A stretch of 63,896 bases of DNA, filler included, from Rhabdomonas costata (GCA_019059605.1; 39 parts of 39 records of this genome joined end to end with filler, not necessarily neighbours in it), one strand, 5' to 3'; positions 12,228 to 24,906 are shown, numbered from the whole stretch's first letter. Notes: generated by a model not told the origin, from the letters alone. Numbers and translations are program-made.

Positions 12228-13827
12228 GGGGCAGGAGGTGTCTCCGAGCCTTTGCCCTATGTTGAAGGATGCTTCCAGCTTCAGGTTGAAACAGCAGAAC
12301 TAAACGCGCCCAGAGAGACGTGCCCAATGGGAGGGCGGATGACAATGTGCCCTTATCAGGCTGGAAAGAGTTTTACATGTGGAGGACATAAGAGCTGAGG
12401 TGGAGATGCCTTGTGAATTTTCTGTTGGCGGTCAAAGGCTCGTTGCCCGAGACGAAGCAGATTTGCGCAGATGCTTTTCAAGGCAACAGTTGACATGGCG
12501 TTTGCAGCGTCCGCTCCAGGGCACCGGCGTGTGCAGACGTGGGAAGGGTAGAATGGCGGAATTTGTTTTATCCCCAACAATGCGTGGGTGCCGATCTCCA
12601 CCAACACCTCTTCTGTGCACAGTGCTCCTTCCCGCATTGAGCCGTGTTAGCATTCCACGTCTCTCATTTCTCTTTTGTTTTGAGTGCCTGTCGCTACAGC
12701 TGATCACGTGTGTGGCGAGCAACGTACGCATTCCCATGGTTTTCCATTGTTTATTCTTGCAATGAGATGTCGGAAATCCTTTGCATAGTTTCTGATGTAT
12801 GCAAATGTTTTTGCGCGCGTGAAGGCAAGCCATACCACCTAAAACTGTACGAGCCAATGCATTCTCGGACAAAATCCAATTATTACACCCCATCAGGCTT
12901 GAGATATTGAACTTCATTCATAAATTCGCCCGACGACCCAGAAGCATGCTTCGCCGCATTTAGTGTGGAATAGTGCTCCTGCGAAAGCCGTAAAAGGCAA
13001 AGAATCACAGTTATTGTCACCCAACCAACANNNNNNNNNNNNNNNNNNNNNNNNNNNNNNNNNNNNNNNNNNNNTTAATTAATTAANNNNNNNNNNNNNN
13101 NNNNNNNNNNNNNNNNNNNNNNNNNNNNNNGTGGGGGTGGTGCGACGCGTCACTGCGTGCTGCATTTCGACCCAAAGCCAAACCACGTGACCATGTGATC
13201 CTCCTAGGTACTTACTTAGCTGGGTGCGCCTGGTAAACAATGGTGCGGATACTGTCAGGCACCAAAATCGGCTCAGTTCCATATCACGGTCCAACAAGCT
13301 AGTCTCAATTTCTATGCAGGCGACTCTGGCCCAACCCCAACCAGTCTTCCCCTGTGGAGCATGGGGCCAGTGCCTTGGGGACATACGTTGCCTGAGTCAC
13401 GAACTTAAGATGCCCCATATGCACTCCTCTCTATCTAGGTATGCTTAACTAATTTTCTAGCGAATGGAGGGCTTGATAAGTGACACTAAATGATCAGTGA
13501 GCGGGCTGATCGAGTTTTATCGGGCTTTCTTCGGCTTGCACAGTGATGTGGGGTGATGAAAAAGCAAAAAGCTATAAAAAAGCCAAGAAGAAGAAGAAGA
13601 AGAAGAAGAACTACAAGGGGTGGGTCCATGAGCATCACCATCACCACCATGAACGGCATCCGGAAGAAACACAACGAAAACGCAAAGAAGAACCACGACG
13701 ACAACGAAAAGAAGAAGCATAACATTCACGGCCGTCTACAGGGCTGTTTTGTAGCAACGGGAAGTGCGGTGACGGGCGGCGAAACCAGGCTTGCAAGACG
13801 GACGCGCAGGGGCAAAGAAAGGGCCTA

Positions 13828-14050
13828 CTTTGCTGCGGGGCGGGGCTCTCGATGGCCTCGCCGAGAGCCAGGACCAGTGGGGTGCAAGGGCCGGGCTGGT
13901 CGTGGTGCTGTGGCGTGGCGTGCCGGGGCTTCCGCAGGGAAGTCGGGGTGCACGGCTTCACCGAGGGTGTGGTGGCGGAGGGAGAGGGAGGGGACCGCGT
14001 GTCCGGGCCAAATGTGCCCGTCGACGGCGAGTCCCCTGTTGGAGTGAGAC
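13828..14050 (-). CDS. Probable Pro/Ser/Thr-rich exon, hypothetical protein
   Basis: CTGCAG| acceptor and GC-rich open frame LTPTGDSPSTGTFGP...LALGEAIESPAPQQ, with a GT donor near 13828. Confidence 0.3.
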
Positions 14051-15312
14051 CTGCAGTGTGTGGTGGGTATCAGCGCCAGTTTAAATTTCTTTTACCTTTG
14101 TATCACGTTTTTTCGTTCACATGAGGAAAAGCGAAGAAAAACTTTTGAAAACCCAAAAAGGGACCGCCTTCAAACAGTTGGGTATGCAGCGCCAAGGGGA
14201 TTTCAAAGCAGCGCTCGGGTACAAATGACATCAACCGCTTGGGAAAGCGGAGAGGAGGGAAACAGAATATACAATGACCCTCTGACACTTTTGTGTGAAC
14301 GCGCCTTTCCAAATTCCACTAGGTGGCTTGGCTGGCTTTCCACAGGTTTTTGACGAGTTTATTTTTTGTATTCCCCGCAACATGGAAAAAAGCAGCACGC
14401 TGCCACAGAAATCCCAGAAACGAGAATGCCAGATCCCTTTCAATTTCTGTCCCTAGTAGTTTTTCGAGATGAGGTTCGGCAGTGAAATTCAGGAAAGAAA
14501 GAAAAGAGCAAAGTCCACCAATATCGACACCCCGCAAGTTGGGCAGTCGGTCCCGGTGTGCGAATTCAGTGCTTGTAGGTCTGCCTTGAACGTCTTTTCA
14601 GTTTATGTCCCTGCCGCTCAACAAGCGGGACCCCACCGCATACTACTCTCCAAGACCCCAAGACCACAAAACNNNNNNNNNNNNNNNNNNNNNNNNNNNN
14701 NNNNNNNNNNNNNNNNTTAATTAATTAANNNNNNNNNNNNNNNNNNNNNNNNNNNNNNNNNNNNNNNNNNNNTTGTTGGGGTGCGGCGAACGTGACCACG
14801 CAAAGACAGCAAGTGAGCAGACTGAAAAAAAGATTGGGAAATCAGCTCCCACTACTTGTTTCCATCCCTGTGGAAAAAAAAATAGGAGCAAGGTTTCCGG
14901 TGGGGAATTGGCCACTGGACAATTGGTTACGACCACGGCAAGAATGCGGAGTGCCTGGGAGGGGGGGAGGCAGTGTTAAACGATGTAACAACGACATTAC
15001 GGAATACAACGTTTTAAGGTGATGATGGTGGTGGACGCGCTTGGTTGCCTTATTCTGCCCCTGATGCCATCTGGACCTCACTTCTATCCACTCTCCGCTT
15101 GCCCGGGTTTCTCTTGGTGTTTGGTGGGCCCTCCGTGTTTGCTGCCCGCTCCCTCTTCTCTCGCTCTCGCTCTCTCTTGCTCCCTCTCACTGGTTTCCCA
15201 CTTCTTGGCTGCAATTCTCCCCTTCTCTCGTGCTGCACCGTGCTGCTCCTGTCCAAGACCGGCTTTCCGCTGCTAGCTGCTCGCAAGCAACAACACACAC
15301 ATATACACGGAC

Positions 15313-15534
15313 CTGCTCAGGAAGAGGCACCAGAGGGGGGAGCTCCTCCTCGTCTTCGGGAGGGGGCGACGGCGCCGTGGGCTGGGGCTGTGTCGGTAGA
15401 TCTTGGTGAGCTCCTGCGGAGAGCTCCAACAGGTGGTCAAAGACAGAGTCCGGGAGCTCTCCCAGCCGCTCAAACAGAAATTCAAACAGCGCTGGCCCCT
15501 GCAAGCGGGCAATTTCGTCAAAATCAACACCAAC
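15313..15534 (-). CDS. Internal exon (74 codons) of a hypothetical protein
   Basis: CACAG|VGVDFDEIARLQGPALFEFLFERLGELPDSVFDHLLELS...EDEEELPPLVPLPEQ|GTCCGT, phase 0-0. Confidence 0.55.
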
Positions 15535-16222
15535 CTGTGCCAGCATAAAAACTAAAGAGAAAACCACTGTCCCCACTTCAAGGCATTCTTTGCGTGGGCA
15601 CTAATGCATGTGCCAATCAAGATGAGGTTGGCACAATGCGCTGTGTGATCCCCTAACTTTCCCAGAGGCACCCAACAATAAATCACCGCATAAAAGCATG
15701 CTTGTTTTCACTTGCCCGCGCGCGCGATTGAGTGGAAACTCGAAAATAGTAAAAAGGATAAAAAGGATAAGAAGGAGGCTATGTATGAAAACCCCCTTTG
15801 GGCACATTTGTCTCCGGTGACCAACAAGCACACACCCCAGCATCTCCGTTTACGCAGGGTTGTTCGTTCCTGCCGCCGGGCACAACGGCTGGTTGCCCCG
15901 AATTTTCGCCAAGGTTGCCTTTGCACGGCATTTTGAAGCAAAAAAGTAAAAGACAAAATGAAATAACGAATGCTACAATCCTGGAATGGCGAACTATCGC
16001 ATCGACACCAATGAACTTGCCATTAAGGTTTCCTTCTTTGACTTAGGGGTAGTTGTGTCTGTTTGCTCGCATTTATTAGGATTTGTGCGATAAAAGACGG
16101 AAAGAATACACACACATACACACTGAGCTGAGTATAAAGAGAACACTGGTACGGATACTGTCAGGCACGGAGGTAGACTTAAGACTTAAGATGATGAAGG
16201 AGAAAGGTCTCCCTCTCTCAAT

Positions 16223-16255
<33 letters not shown>

Positions 16256-16285
16256 TCACTCACTCACTCACTCACTCACTCACTC
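16223..16285. repeat. Compound microsatellite (CA)n-(CTCA)n
   Basis: Directly visible run of CA followed by CTCA units. Confidence 0.95.
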
Positions 16286-16415
16286 AATCGAAGGAGCCAA
16301 CCAAACAACGACCAANNNNNNNNNNNNNNNNNNNNNNNNNNNNNNNNNNNNNNNNNNNNTTAATTAATTAANNNNNNNNNNNNNNNNNNNNNNNNNNNNN
16401 NNNNNNNNNNNNNNN

Positions 16416-17030
16416 GTTGGTGTGACAACCAAGTTACTTTGCTTGTTTTGCAATCAAGATGAGCGTAAGTGAGTGGTGTGGTTACTATCCAACCTTCCAG
16501 ACACTCTTCAACACCAGCCATTAGTGTTCATTCAATTAATTATTGTGATTAAGATTTGTTTACAATACAAGATGCGGTACATAGGCTCCGTTTGTAGATG
16601 TACCCGTTGCAATAACGGCTCGCGTTTATAGTGTACGTGACACATTTTGTCCGAAATTTCGGAATGTTTGGTACAATGCCTATTAGTACGTTTCTGAGAG
16701 TAATCCTACCATACTTCCATTTGTTTTTGAATAAGTTTTGATTTTTCAAAATATTGACTCGAAGCTCAGTAGTGTCAAGTTTTGTAGAGGCGTAAGTGTT
16801 TACGATATTCAGGCGCTTACAGCGGCCAATCATTTTGGAATCAAGTGTCCAATCACAGTAATAATGGAATCTAATCCAGGTAAAGTTCCATAGCTAAAAA
16901 GTGCGATTTCTTCCAGTTTGGAGTCATGCCGTTTGTATTGTTCAATGTCACAGCCACGTTACAGAGAACAATTGACTTCACTATTGATGATCTTCAATAG
17001 ACCGCAGATTTGTACGTGACAACATTCTAT
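16416..17030 (-). mobile_element. Decayed non-LTR retrotransposon APE-endonuclease fragment
   Basis: AT-rich contig with frameshifted VVTY(N)LRSI near 17000-17025 (I/T-WNVR-like start), LNIVNTYAST at 16783-16812 (i-vsvYAPt-like) and TYAH near 16450. Many stops. Confidence 0.4.
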
Positions 17031-18921
17031 TCCACACGGAAGACCTTGTCATACCATGTTGAAGAGTTGCCATAGAAGTGTACGCTTTCTAAGCCAGAAG
17101 TAAATTATTTAGATTTGTGGTGGGGAAAATGGGATTAGACACAAGTCGAGGAAAGTTATGGCCACACACAAATGGCCACAGTTTCATAATCACACATAGA
17201 TGAGGAGGTTTATCTGTATGTGTGTGATTTATCAAATATTTGTGGAAGATCACGCCAGATTGGAAACACCACTTTACTTCACATCACTTCACCAGGATGC
17301 TTCAAAGGTTGGAATATGACAAGACGAATTTGGTGGCGTGCCAATTTGGAAAGCTGTATAATCCATAGAAAACTACCCAGTGCAAGAGAAGAAGATGCTA
17401 GATAAGTGGACACACAGCCAAGTACAAGCACACAACTTCCTATTGTGAAGCTTTGTTTAAAACTCGGACGTGCTCAACAAGAGAGTAGCTTTCCCCCAAG
17501 GCCTCTCGACGCTCTGTCGGCCCTGCCGGGTTTTCTGTGGAGGCCCAACAAACTAAAGGCATGGCCTTCTCGCATCAATACCAACACACAGCACGAAACA
17601 AAAGCGCTCGGTCCTCATTTCAAAGCCCGAACCTTCAGTGAAGGTGGCAAACTGCAGTCATGCAATCAGATAGCCGCAGACAATGTTCATCCATCACGTG
17701 GGGGGCTCTTGCTGCTCGTAGACATGTTAGATTAAGTGAGGCATTATCTTTTGGGTTCATGCGCAAAAATTACTACGTATAACACCACGTTAAGCTATTT
17801 GCAGAATAGCCACCGGTCAAGGAAAGTGCTGTTGTTGGAGAGATTAAAGAGTACATATCGCGGATAGTCGACATTCCTTGAAGGAAAATTTAGCCTTGTA
17901 TGCCCTACATAGGCACCAAGTGGACGATACAAGTCTGGAATTTTAAGAGATGGAGTGTNNNNNNNNNNNNNNNNNNNNNNNNNNNNNNNNNNNNNNNNNN
18001 NNTTAATTAATTAANNNNNNNNNNNNNNNNNNNNNNNNNNNNNNNNNNNNNNNNNNNNTGTGGGGGGTGGTATGGCCAATTTTTGTTTCATCTGGGGACA
18101 TCTGCTGACAGTTTATGATGATTGGACAGGCGGGCAGACGAGGACAGACACTCTCTGAAGGCTTTAGGCTGAACCTTGACTGTCGTCGAGTTTTGGAATA
18201 AAGAAAGTGAGAGGCATTGCTAATCGTACCCATATTTGGGTGCATGCATCCCTCCCGCCTTTTTGTGGCCATCTGGCCCTCTTCTGGTTGGTGTGACGCA
18301 CAATACAAGTTTCATATGAAACTTCGGGTAGTGCAGGAAATGGCCCATGGTAACGATGACCAGTGGTTGCAGAATACTGGTTTGATTTTTTTTTTTGCTA
18401 AATTAACTATAAACGGTGACGTAAAGTATGCCAGCACTCTCGAAATGACTGTATTTTTGTGTAAGGGGGTTAGGTAAGCTTTGCCAGTGCCCCCTGGATG
18501 ATTGTTTTTGCTTAGCAGCTGAAAACTACTGCTGGCTAAGGGCTTGCCAATGGCTGGGATATGGGCGGACGAGTAGGACAGCATTAGTTTAGGGGCGAAG
18601 GCCAGTCCGCGCCGCGGCCGGGCGGCTGGGGCGGGGACGTGACCTGGAGTGCTGATAACGATTTTTTTAAAATTTGCAATTATGAAAAGAATGCTACCAC
18701 TGGTTACCGTTACCAACCCCCACCCCCCATTTTTCATTGCACCTGGACACCTTTGGGGCCGTAAGCACCAAAGCTGGATTGTAGTCGCCAGCTTGCTCAG
18801 CAGGCATCCATGGGGGCATTTTTGTGGTGGGGTCATTACCCCCTGCATCCTCCCTGTACCCTGCTCTCAGCGGTTAGTTTATCCGATTCAACAAGCTCTC
18901 AACCACTTGGTGGTTTCCCAG

Positions 18922-19590
18922 GTGGATCCCTCGGCTGCTGTGAATCTGAGCATTGATCTACCCTCCAACATGTCCTTTGCGACGGGGATGCTGATTGTGA
19001 AGCTAATGGACGCAAACGGCACTCAGGTCCTCTGGCCCTGTGGCTCCCCTGGCAGGCTGCGAACTGGCAGTGACGCAAAAAAGAAACGACAAAAAAGCGT
19101 GGTTACCAGAAGGCATTAAAAACCTATGAATAAAACAGCGAAGAATTTCAACCATAAAGGTGATGCTGTTGGAACTGACCGTCGGCCCCATTGACCCCAT
19201 TGGTCGATGTGTTTTATGGATTGTTTGCCTTTTCGAAATTCCTTCGTGACCAAGAAGTTGTTTTTATGTTCCAACGCACAATATGTGCGCTTTTGAGAGA
19301 ATTTTAGCTTGTTTCAACCTGAAATCGTTTTTCAAGCGGTAGATTCTTCGGAGCGTTGATCAGGATTGACAAAATCTTACGGTTCACGGGGCACTCCTGC
19401 GGAAAGGGTTGCAGACCAAAATTATGAGTGGTGGTCATTCATCGGGTGAACCCTGCTGAGCTTTATCTGCTGTCGTTGGTGTTCCCGCTTAGGTTAACAC
19501 GGCAGCTTCGCTGTATGCTTGTGACACTGGGGTGACCCAGACCCTTGCGGTGTACATCGTCAGTGCAGCGGGAACAGCTGTAGATATCAA
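18922..19590 (+). CDS. Hypothetical (possibly secreted or surface) protein, 2 exons
   Basis: Exons 18922-19026 and 19493-~19590 join in phase 0: VDPSAAVNLSIDLPSNMSFATGMLIVKLMDANGTQ|VNTAASLYACDTGVTQTLAVYIVSAAG. Several N-x-S/T sequons. Confidence 0.45.
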
Positions 19591-19784
19591 GGGTACCCAA
19601 NNNNNNNNNNNNNNNNNNNNNNNNNNNNNNNNNNNNNNNNNNNNTTAATTAATTAANNNNNNNNNNNNNNNNNNNNNNNNNNNNNNNNNNNNNNNNNNNN
19701 GTGTTGGTGACGGCTCTCAAGCTTTGGAGCGGGCTTTTGACGGTTGGTCGGGGAGGGGGGTCAAGGGCAGGAAGGAGTGAGCAC

Positions 19785-21226
19785 CTGGGTTTGGCGCCGG
19801 GATGGTGAACGCCGTGCTGTTCTCGGGAAGTACAACGGCACCCTATGGAAGGTGAAAAAGTGCGTATCGCTTTTGCATCGAGGCGCCAGGTTCCGGTTTG
19901 CGGAGTTCAAGAGTGTCCCCTTTTTGTGCACACAGAGCGAGGAAACCAGAGCCTCCCCCCTATCACCGCCCGAATTCAACGCGACCCAGGACCCGGCAAC
20001 CAAAGGAAGCGTTCACGCCCCCGAGCCCGCGAATGGAAAGGCGAGTTTGTACCGCGTCACCTCCTGACTTTAGGGGGTGCATTATTGCCCAGAACAGCAA
20101 TCTACAACAACTAAAAAGGCACACCTGGATTAGAGCGAAAAATCGGTTCCCACAGAGTTGGGAAAAGGAGAATTAAACGCCACGGACCAGCTCCGCGGGC
20201 TCAGTGGGCGCTTTCGCCGCGCTGTACCCTAAGCCCTTCGCCACGGCCTGCGCCATAGCCAGCGCCTCCTCGGGGCTAAGGTTGCCAAATGACATGCACT
20301 CCACTCGCGACGAGGGGTACACCACGTCCCGCGCAAAGCTCTGAAGCTGGGCCACCGTGAGGGGTTGCGCGGCGGCGGCGCGGAGCTCCGTGCGGGTGTA
20401 GGTCGGGGTGCGGGTCAGTAGCTTCGCGTAGTACTTTGGAAGGACCGTGGCAGGGGTGTCCAGGTCCTGCGCGAAAGCCCGAGCCCCACACAGCGGACGT
20501 ATTCAGGCCCTGTCGGGCACCGTGAGTGTGGTGGGCCGGCCCACTTCGCCAGGTCAACGTGTGGAGAGGGCATTGCGCGCGGGGGCTGATCTGTGGGATT
20601 CGAAGTGTCGTCTTCCTCTGTTAGTCTCTTCGTTGACGGTGCGTGTGGGAATTTGTGTGCTAACGTGCGTGAGGAACAAAAGCTTGCAATGCAGCGGTTT
20701 CCGTTCCGTCCTTCCATAAGCGCAAAAAGCTACCGCTGCTGCCTGAGTAAAGTCAATGTCAGAGAGGATTTTTACAAGCCTTTTGAAGACTTTCGTTTTC
20801 TTTTTATCGCCTTTCTGTGTTTGACTGAAAATAAGACTCAAACTCGGCCAAACAAGTTCAGACAACAGAGGTATGAACGCATCCCGTCAAGTCGCTCAAG
20901 AACCGTTTTCAAGGCGCAAAAATGCCAGCCATAAAACCCAGATAGCCCAGAAATACAAAAAAGCGCTTTCCGCAGACCTTTCCCGAAAAACATACCGCGT
21001 TGTATAGCGCCCTGCGGTACGTGTCCACCAGAATGCTCAGACGGGTCTCTGTGAACCCCGGCACCGGTACCCCGCCAGACGTGCCCCCGGTCACCGTCTC
21101 CAGCACTGTCGTCAGCAGCTCCTGCAGCGTGTCAGAGTAGCCAGACACGGACATCTCAAACCCCGTGGAGGTCGTGGAGAAGTCATAGTCCATCCCCGCC
21201 AGGCTGGCCAGAGCGGTGGTCTCCTC
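19785..21226 (-). CDS. Insulysin/nardilysin-like M16A metallopeptidase, partial, 3 exons
   Basis: Exons 21226-20996, 20466-20188 and 19842-19785 join in phase 0 with GT-AG ends. ASLAGMDYDFSTTSTGFEMSVSGYSDTLQELL...YRRALYN and RVECMSFGNLSPEEALAM match IDE middle-domain motifs (AELAGL...LSVKGYNDK; IEALLHGNITK). Confidence 0.88.
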
Positions 21227-21569
21227 CTAAACCACCAAACCNNNNNNNNNNNNNNNNNNNNNNNNNNNNNNNNNNNNNNNNNNNNTTAATTAATTAANNN
21301 NNNNNNNNNNNNNNNNNNNNNNNNNNNNNNNNNNNNNNNNNAGCCTTTCTTGTGAAGTACAGTCCGGGTCGTTCTCGCGTCCATTTGACCAGTTGCTGCG
21401 AGGCATAGAACAGCGCAAAGGGCTGGAAGGCGGTGGTTTATGCTTTAGGTTGAGGGGTTGGTGTTTCCTGTCCCAGGGGCAAAGGGCTATAAAGGAAAGG
21501 CCCTTGACCAACCTCATGGAGATGGCGACGTTGAGGTTCAGGAACAGGGGACCTCGCCACTCTTCGATG

Positions 21570-22620
21570 AGGGTTGAGCTGTGTCCCGTTGCTTGGTGGC
21601 ACCAGCATACCCTTCGTGATTCTTTCTGTGACACCAGTGGTATTGAAAGTGATCTCGATGGGACCTCGATGGGTGTCTTGTAATGCACGGTGCTCGGTGC
21701 CCACTCAGCCCACTCAGCCCACTTAGGGGGGTGTTTGCCCACGAAAATTCTTTCGCCCTCTGGATGCACATTGCCGCCCTCAAGTAATACCTTCTAGTGG
21801 CGTATTGATCACACGGATACCAAGTCAAGGCTCCTGGATGTGGCCAAGGCTCTCGTTCGCCGTTATGCGACCCCTGCCAACCCGCTATTTCTCAGCTGTT
21901 ATGTCGATGTGGCATTTGGTAGGGGACTGTGTGTATGCACGCTCTGGGTGACTTCACCACAGTCCTGTGTTTGTCGGCTGCTTTCGCTACCTCATTTTTT
22001 CTGTTGTTCTTGCGAGTGAAAGCACTCCATGGGTTGCCCCCCCCACCCGAGGGAGGACGAGCCCAAGCGACAATGGAGCAGTGCTAAGGCCCAGAATCTG
22101 TGGGGAAGCAGGAATGTCGTATCGCTTGTGGCACCGCAGTTTGCAGGTACCCCACAGCACCGTTTGGTCCGAAGCTGCCTCCCAAGGCCTATGCATCGAT
22201 CCGACGATCCGACTTGGTGATCAACGGCAACCCGACCAATCGGCGGCAAGGTGGCCATCATGACCTTCGCTGGCCAGGACGCCAGCGCAACCCCAACGTC
22301 ATCGGTGTGCATTCCCACAGTACACACCATACAGAGAACACACCATTTCTTTCAACTATTGAATGGAATTTCAACCGCGATTTCGTCAACTACAAAGTAC
22401 ATAGGAAAATAAAGCCTCTTTGGGCCGTTTCACATTCCCCAGCACACCATATACTTACATATGCTGCCTGGGCAACACCAACAAGCCTCGAGCTAAGACC
22501 ACAGGCATTGGTTGCCGATAGCGTTTTAATACAATTTCCAAATTAGTATGGTGCGGACAATAATAAAAATACGTTGCGACGTCTTCCTGGCATAGTCTGC
22601 ACAGCTTAATACAGTCTCCC
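21570..22620 (+). mobile_element. Decayed Penelope-like element (PLE) reverse transcriptase
   Basis: Collinear degenerate motifs across frames: VPLLGGTSIP (RPI-like, ~21585), LITRIP (LFTNIP-like, 21805), T(P)MGCP (GxPMGSP-like, 22029), PKAYA..DD (~22180-22208), PFLSTIEW...YKVHRK (PFLD...VYRK-like, 22343-22408). Confidence 0.45.
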
Positions 22621-22982
22621 ACGGTTTTCTCGATTTCAAATTATCCATTCGTGGCGACGCGATAAAGCTCGCACAGGACACAAAGGGTAAATTTTCCCAG
22701 TGCTGGGTGCTTGACATGACATCTGTGCAGCAGCCATCGATGTGGAAGCTGAAGCTCAAGGTCCTTCTCTTCACTTGGTGCGAGATAGGAAGATACGTGT
22801 ACAATCCCTTGGCAAAGCCCCTGTCAGAATGGCTACGTTATGCTGACGTTGCACGTGATGTCGGGTTCTCGAAAAACCCCACNNNNNNNNNNNNNNNNNN
22901 NNNNNNNNNNNNNNNNNNNNNNNNNNTTAATTAATTAANNNNNNNNNNNNNNNNNNNNNNNNNNNNNNNNNNNNNNNNNNNN

Positions 22983-23157
22983 GGGGTTGGGTATTTTAGT
23001 GTTCCGCTCCTTAGACAGGCATAGTTTAATTCAAGGGAGGTTAAAATTTGATGCCCGTTTATCAGTGCTAACCATTTAGGACTGATAAACGGGCATCAAA
23101 TTTTAACCTCCCTTGAATTAAACTATGCCTGTCTAAGGAGCGGAACACTAAAATACC
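22983..23157. repeat. Terminal perfect 77-bp inverted repeat (probable WGA fold-back)
   Basis: 22990-23066 is the exact reverse complement of 23081-23157. It lies at the contig start behind a G/T-only tail. Confidence 0.9.
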
Positions 23158-23783
23158 TAGCCCCATTTTGCCACAATAAATGCCAAATGCATTTAGAGGT
23201 AGTAGATACAGTTTATCCTAAGGACTGAAGGCTCTGACAGCATGAGACGGGCTGACACCTCCGCTCCTGACGATCTCGCTAGTAACAGTGTTATCAGATG
23301 TTGGGTTCATGTTGTGACACGAGGTGTTTCCTGCTGACGCTCTCAGTTTCTGCCGATAATACTAACCTGGTCAATAGCGCACCAGAGAAAGCGTGACAAG
23401 CGTTTCTATCACATGCAGAGAAGGGTCAACTCCGTGCTCCTTCTGGTGGCAATTCGGAGGCATTTTCAAAACAAGCATCGCATTTCCCATCTGGAAGCAC
23501 ATACGTTCGACTTTTGGGATAATATCACTGGGTAGGAAGCATTTTCATCCGTTTTTTCCTTCGTCAATAGGATCTCATTTAGGATCTTTTCTGGGTGCAA
23601 ACTTGATTTCAGTAAACCTGAATACATTGCTGCGGCACGAGGGCACCATTGGGTAAGCGCAGAATAAATTAAAAAAAGGGCTCCTCTCCGTCAGCCTTGA
23701 AAAGAAAAATGCTTGGAAGTCAAATAAAAAGTTCACACCACAGCTGCGAACGATTGTCAGGCTCACACATTACACATTCACAC

Positions 23784-24523
23784 CTGCTGAGAAGGCACGT
23801 ATGCTGAATACACTGGGTCGCCGTTTGAATCCGTGCCCACATCCAACCCGCTTTCCCCGCGAAGAGCTCTCAGCATCACCCGCGCACCCTCGCCCTGCTC
23901 CACGCATAGCGTGGAGTTGAAGTATGCGGAGCAATTAATGCCCTCTCTATTGGAGAGAAACTGTATTGTGGAGCCAAGCGGACGATGAACAGGATAGGCT
24001 CGCCCAACCACAAGCTCCAGACTGCTCTGATCAGCGTCATTTTGAGCATTGGCATAAGCTGTTGCCTCTAGAATGCTCTGCTGTACAATCTCGTCATCAT
24101 CAATCTTGAAAATCAAACCTACAAAAGCGACAGGCACACAAAGAAATATAACAAAACCTACAGTCCATAAGACATGCCCCAAAAGAAGAAAAAGCATGCC
24201 AATTCCCAGCTGGGGTAGGCAAACAGTCGCCGCCAGCACAAGCTTGTTCCTGAACAAAAAGTAAGTAAGAAAAGGCTACAGAGAATGCAACACTACTCCT
24301 CGAACAAACTGAACTATTCAACGGCATCATCTAACGCCAAGACAAAAAATCAGCACCTGTAATCACGCATCAGCCCTGTCCCGTTCACACAAAGCACGGC
24401 TGCATTCATAGGGCCTTGCTTCGTGCCTGCAGCCGAGCTGCAGTTCGGCGCACATTCCGATGTGAACTTCGGCGAAGACAGGTACGAACCCACATATTCA
24501 CTCCCGTTCTTCACCTTCTCCAC
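23784..24523 (-). CDS. Protein with tandem Cache/PDC-like extracellular sensor repeats, partial, 3 exons
   Basis: Exons 24523-24357, 24249-24200 and 24118-23784 give PMNAAVLCVNGTGLMRDYRNKLVLAATVCLPQLGIGLIFKIDDDEI...VMLRALRGESGLDVGTDSNGDPVYSAYVP. That is two copies of the M-x2-AL-x-G-x-SG...DY-x-G-x2-V-x-AAY Cache-like motif. Confidence 0.65.
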
Positions 24524-24906
24524 NNNNNNNNNNNNNNNNNNNNNNNNNNNNNNNNNNNNNNNNNNNNTTAATTAATTAANNNNNNNNNNNNNNNNNNNNN
24601 NNNNNNNNNNNNNNNNNNNNNNNAGGTGTGTGGAAGCATAACCTGCACATTCCCAAAACAAGATGACACCCCCACCCCAAGAATTCGCAACTGGATTCGA
24701 AGCAAGGGGCCCACGCCGAATGTGCGGCAAGTAACACCCGAGCACTGTAACACGCCTGCCAGTGGCTGGACTCTTTGATGGTGTTTTTGTAGTATTGTTA
24801 ACAGGTTCAATTGTGGTGACTGCTTCCTTCCACTTCCTTCTTATCCTCTCATTTCTTTTTTTCGTCTTCACTTCACTTCACTTGCTGTTAACCACAACGA
24901 GTTCAG

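Noticed and set aside
12700..12920. Helicase motif VI-like (LAFTRAK) or LINE GGLG-like (VLGGMA) peptides on the minus strand
   Set aside because: Single weak motifs in different frames with no supporting neighbours.
13553..13740. Highly basic ORF with poly-Arg
   Set aside because: It is produced by (AAG)n and other trinucleotide microsatellites, probably within an intron.
18307..18324. Perfect 18-bp palindrome AAGTTTCATATGAAACTT
   Set aside because: About 0.2 are expected by chance in 60 kb (60000/4^9), and there is no supporting context.
21400..21620. Integrase zinc-finger-like HQATGH...C on the minus strand
   Set aside because: The second Cys pair is missing, and the opposite strand carries several collinear PLE RT motifs.
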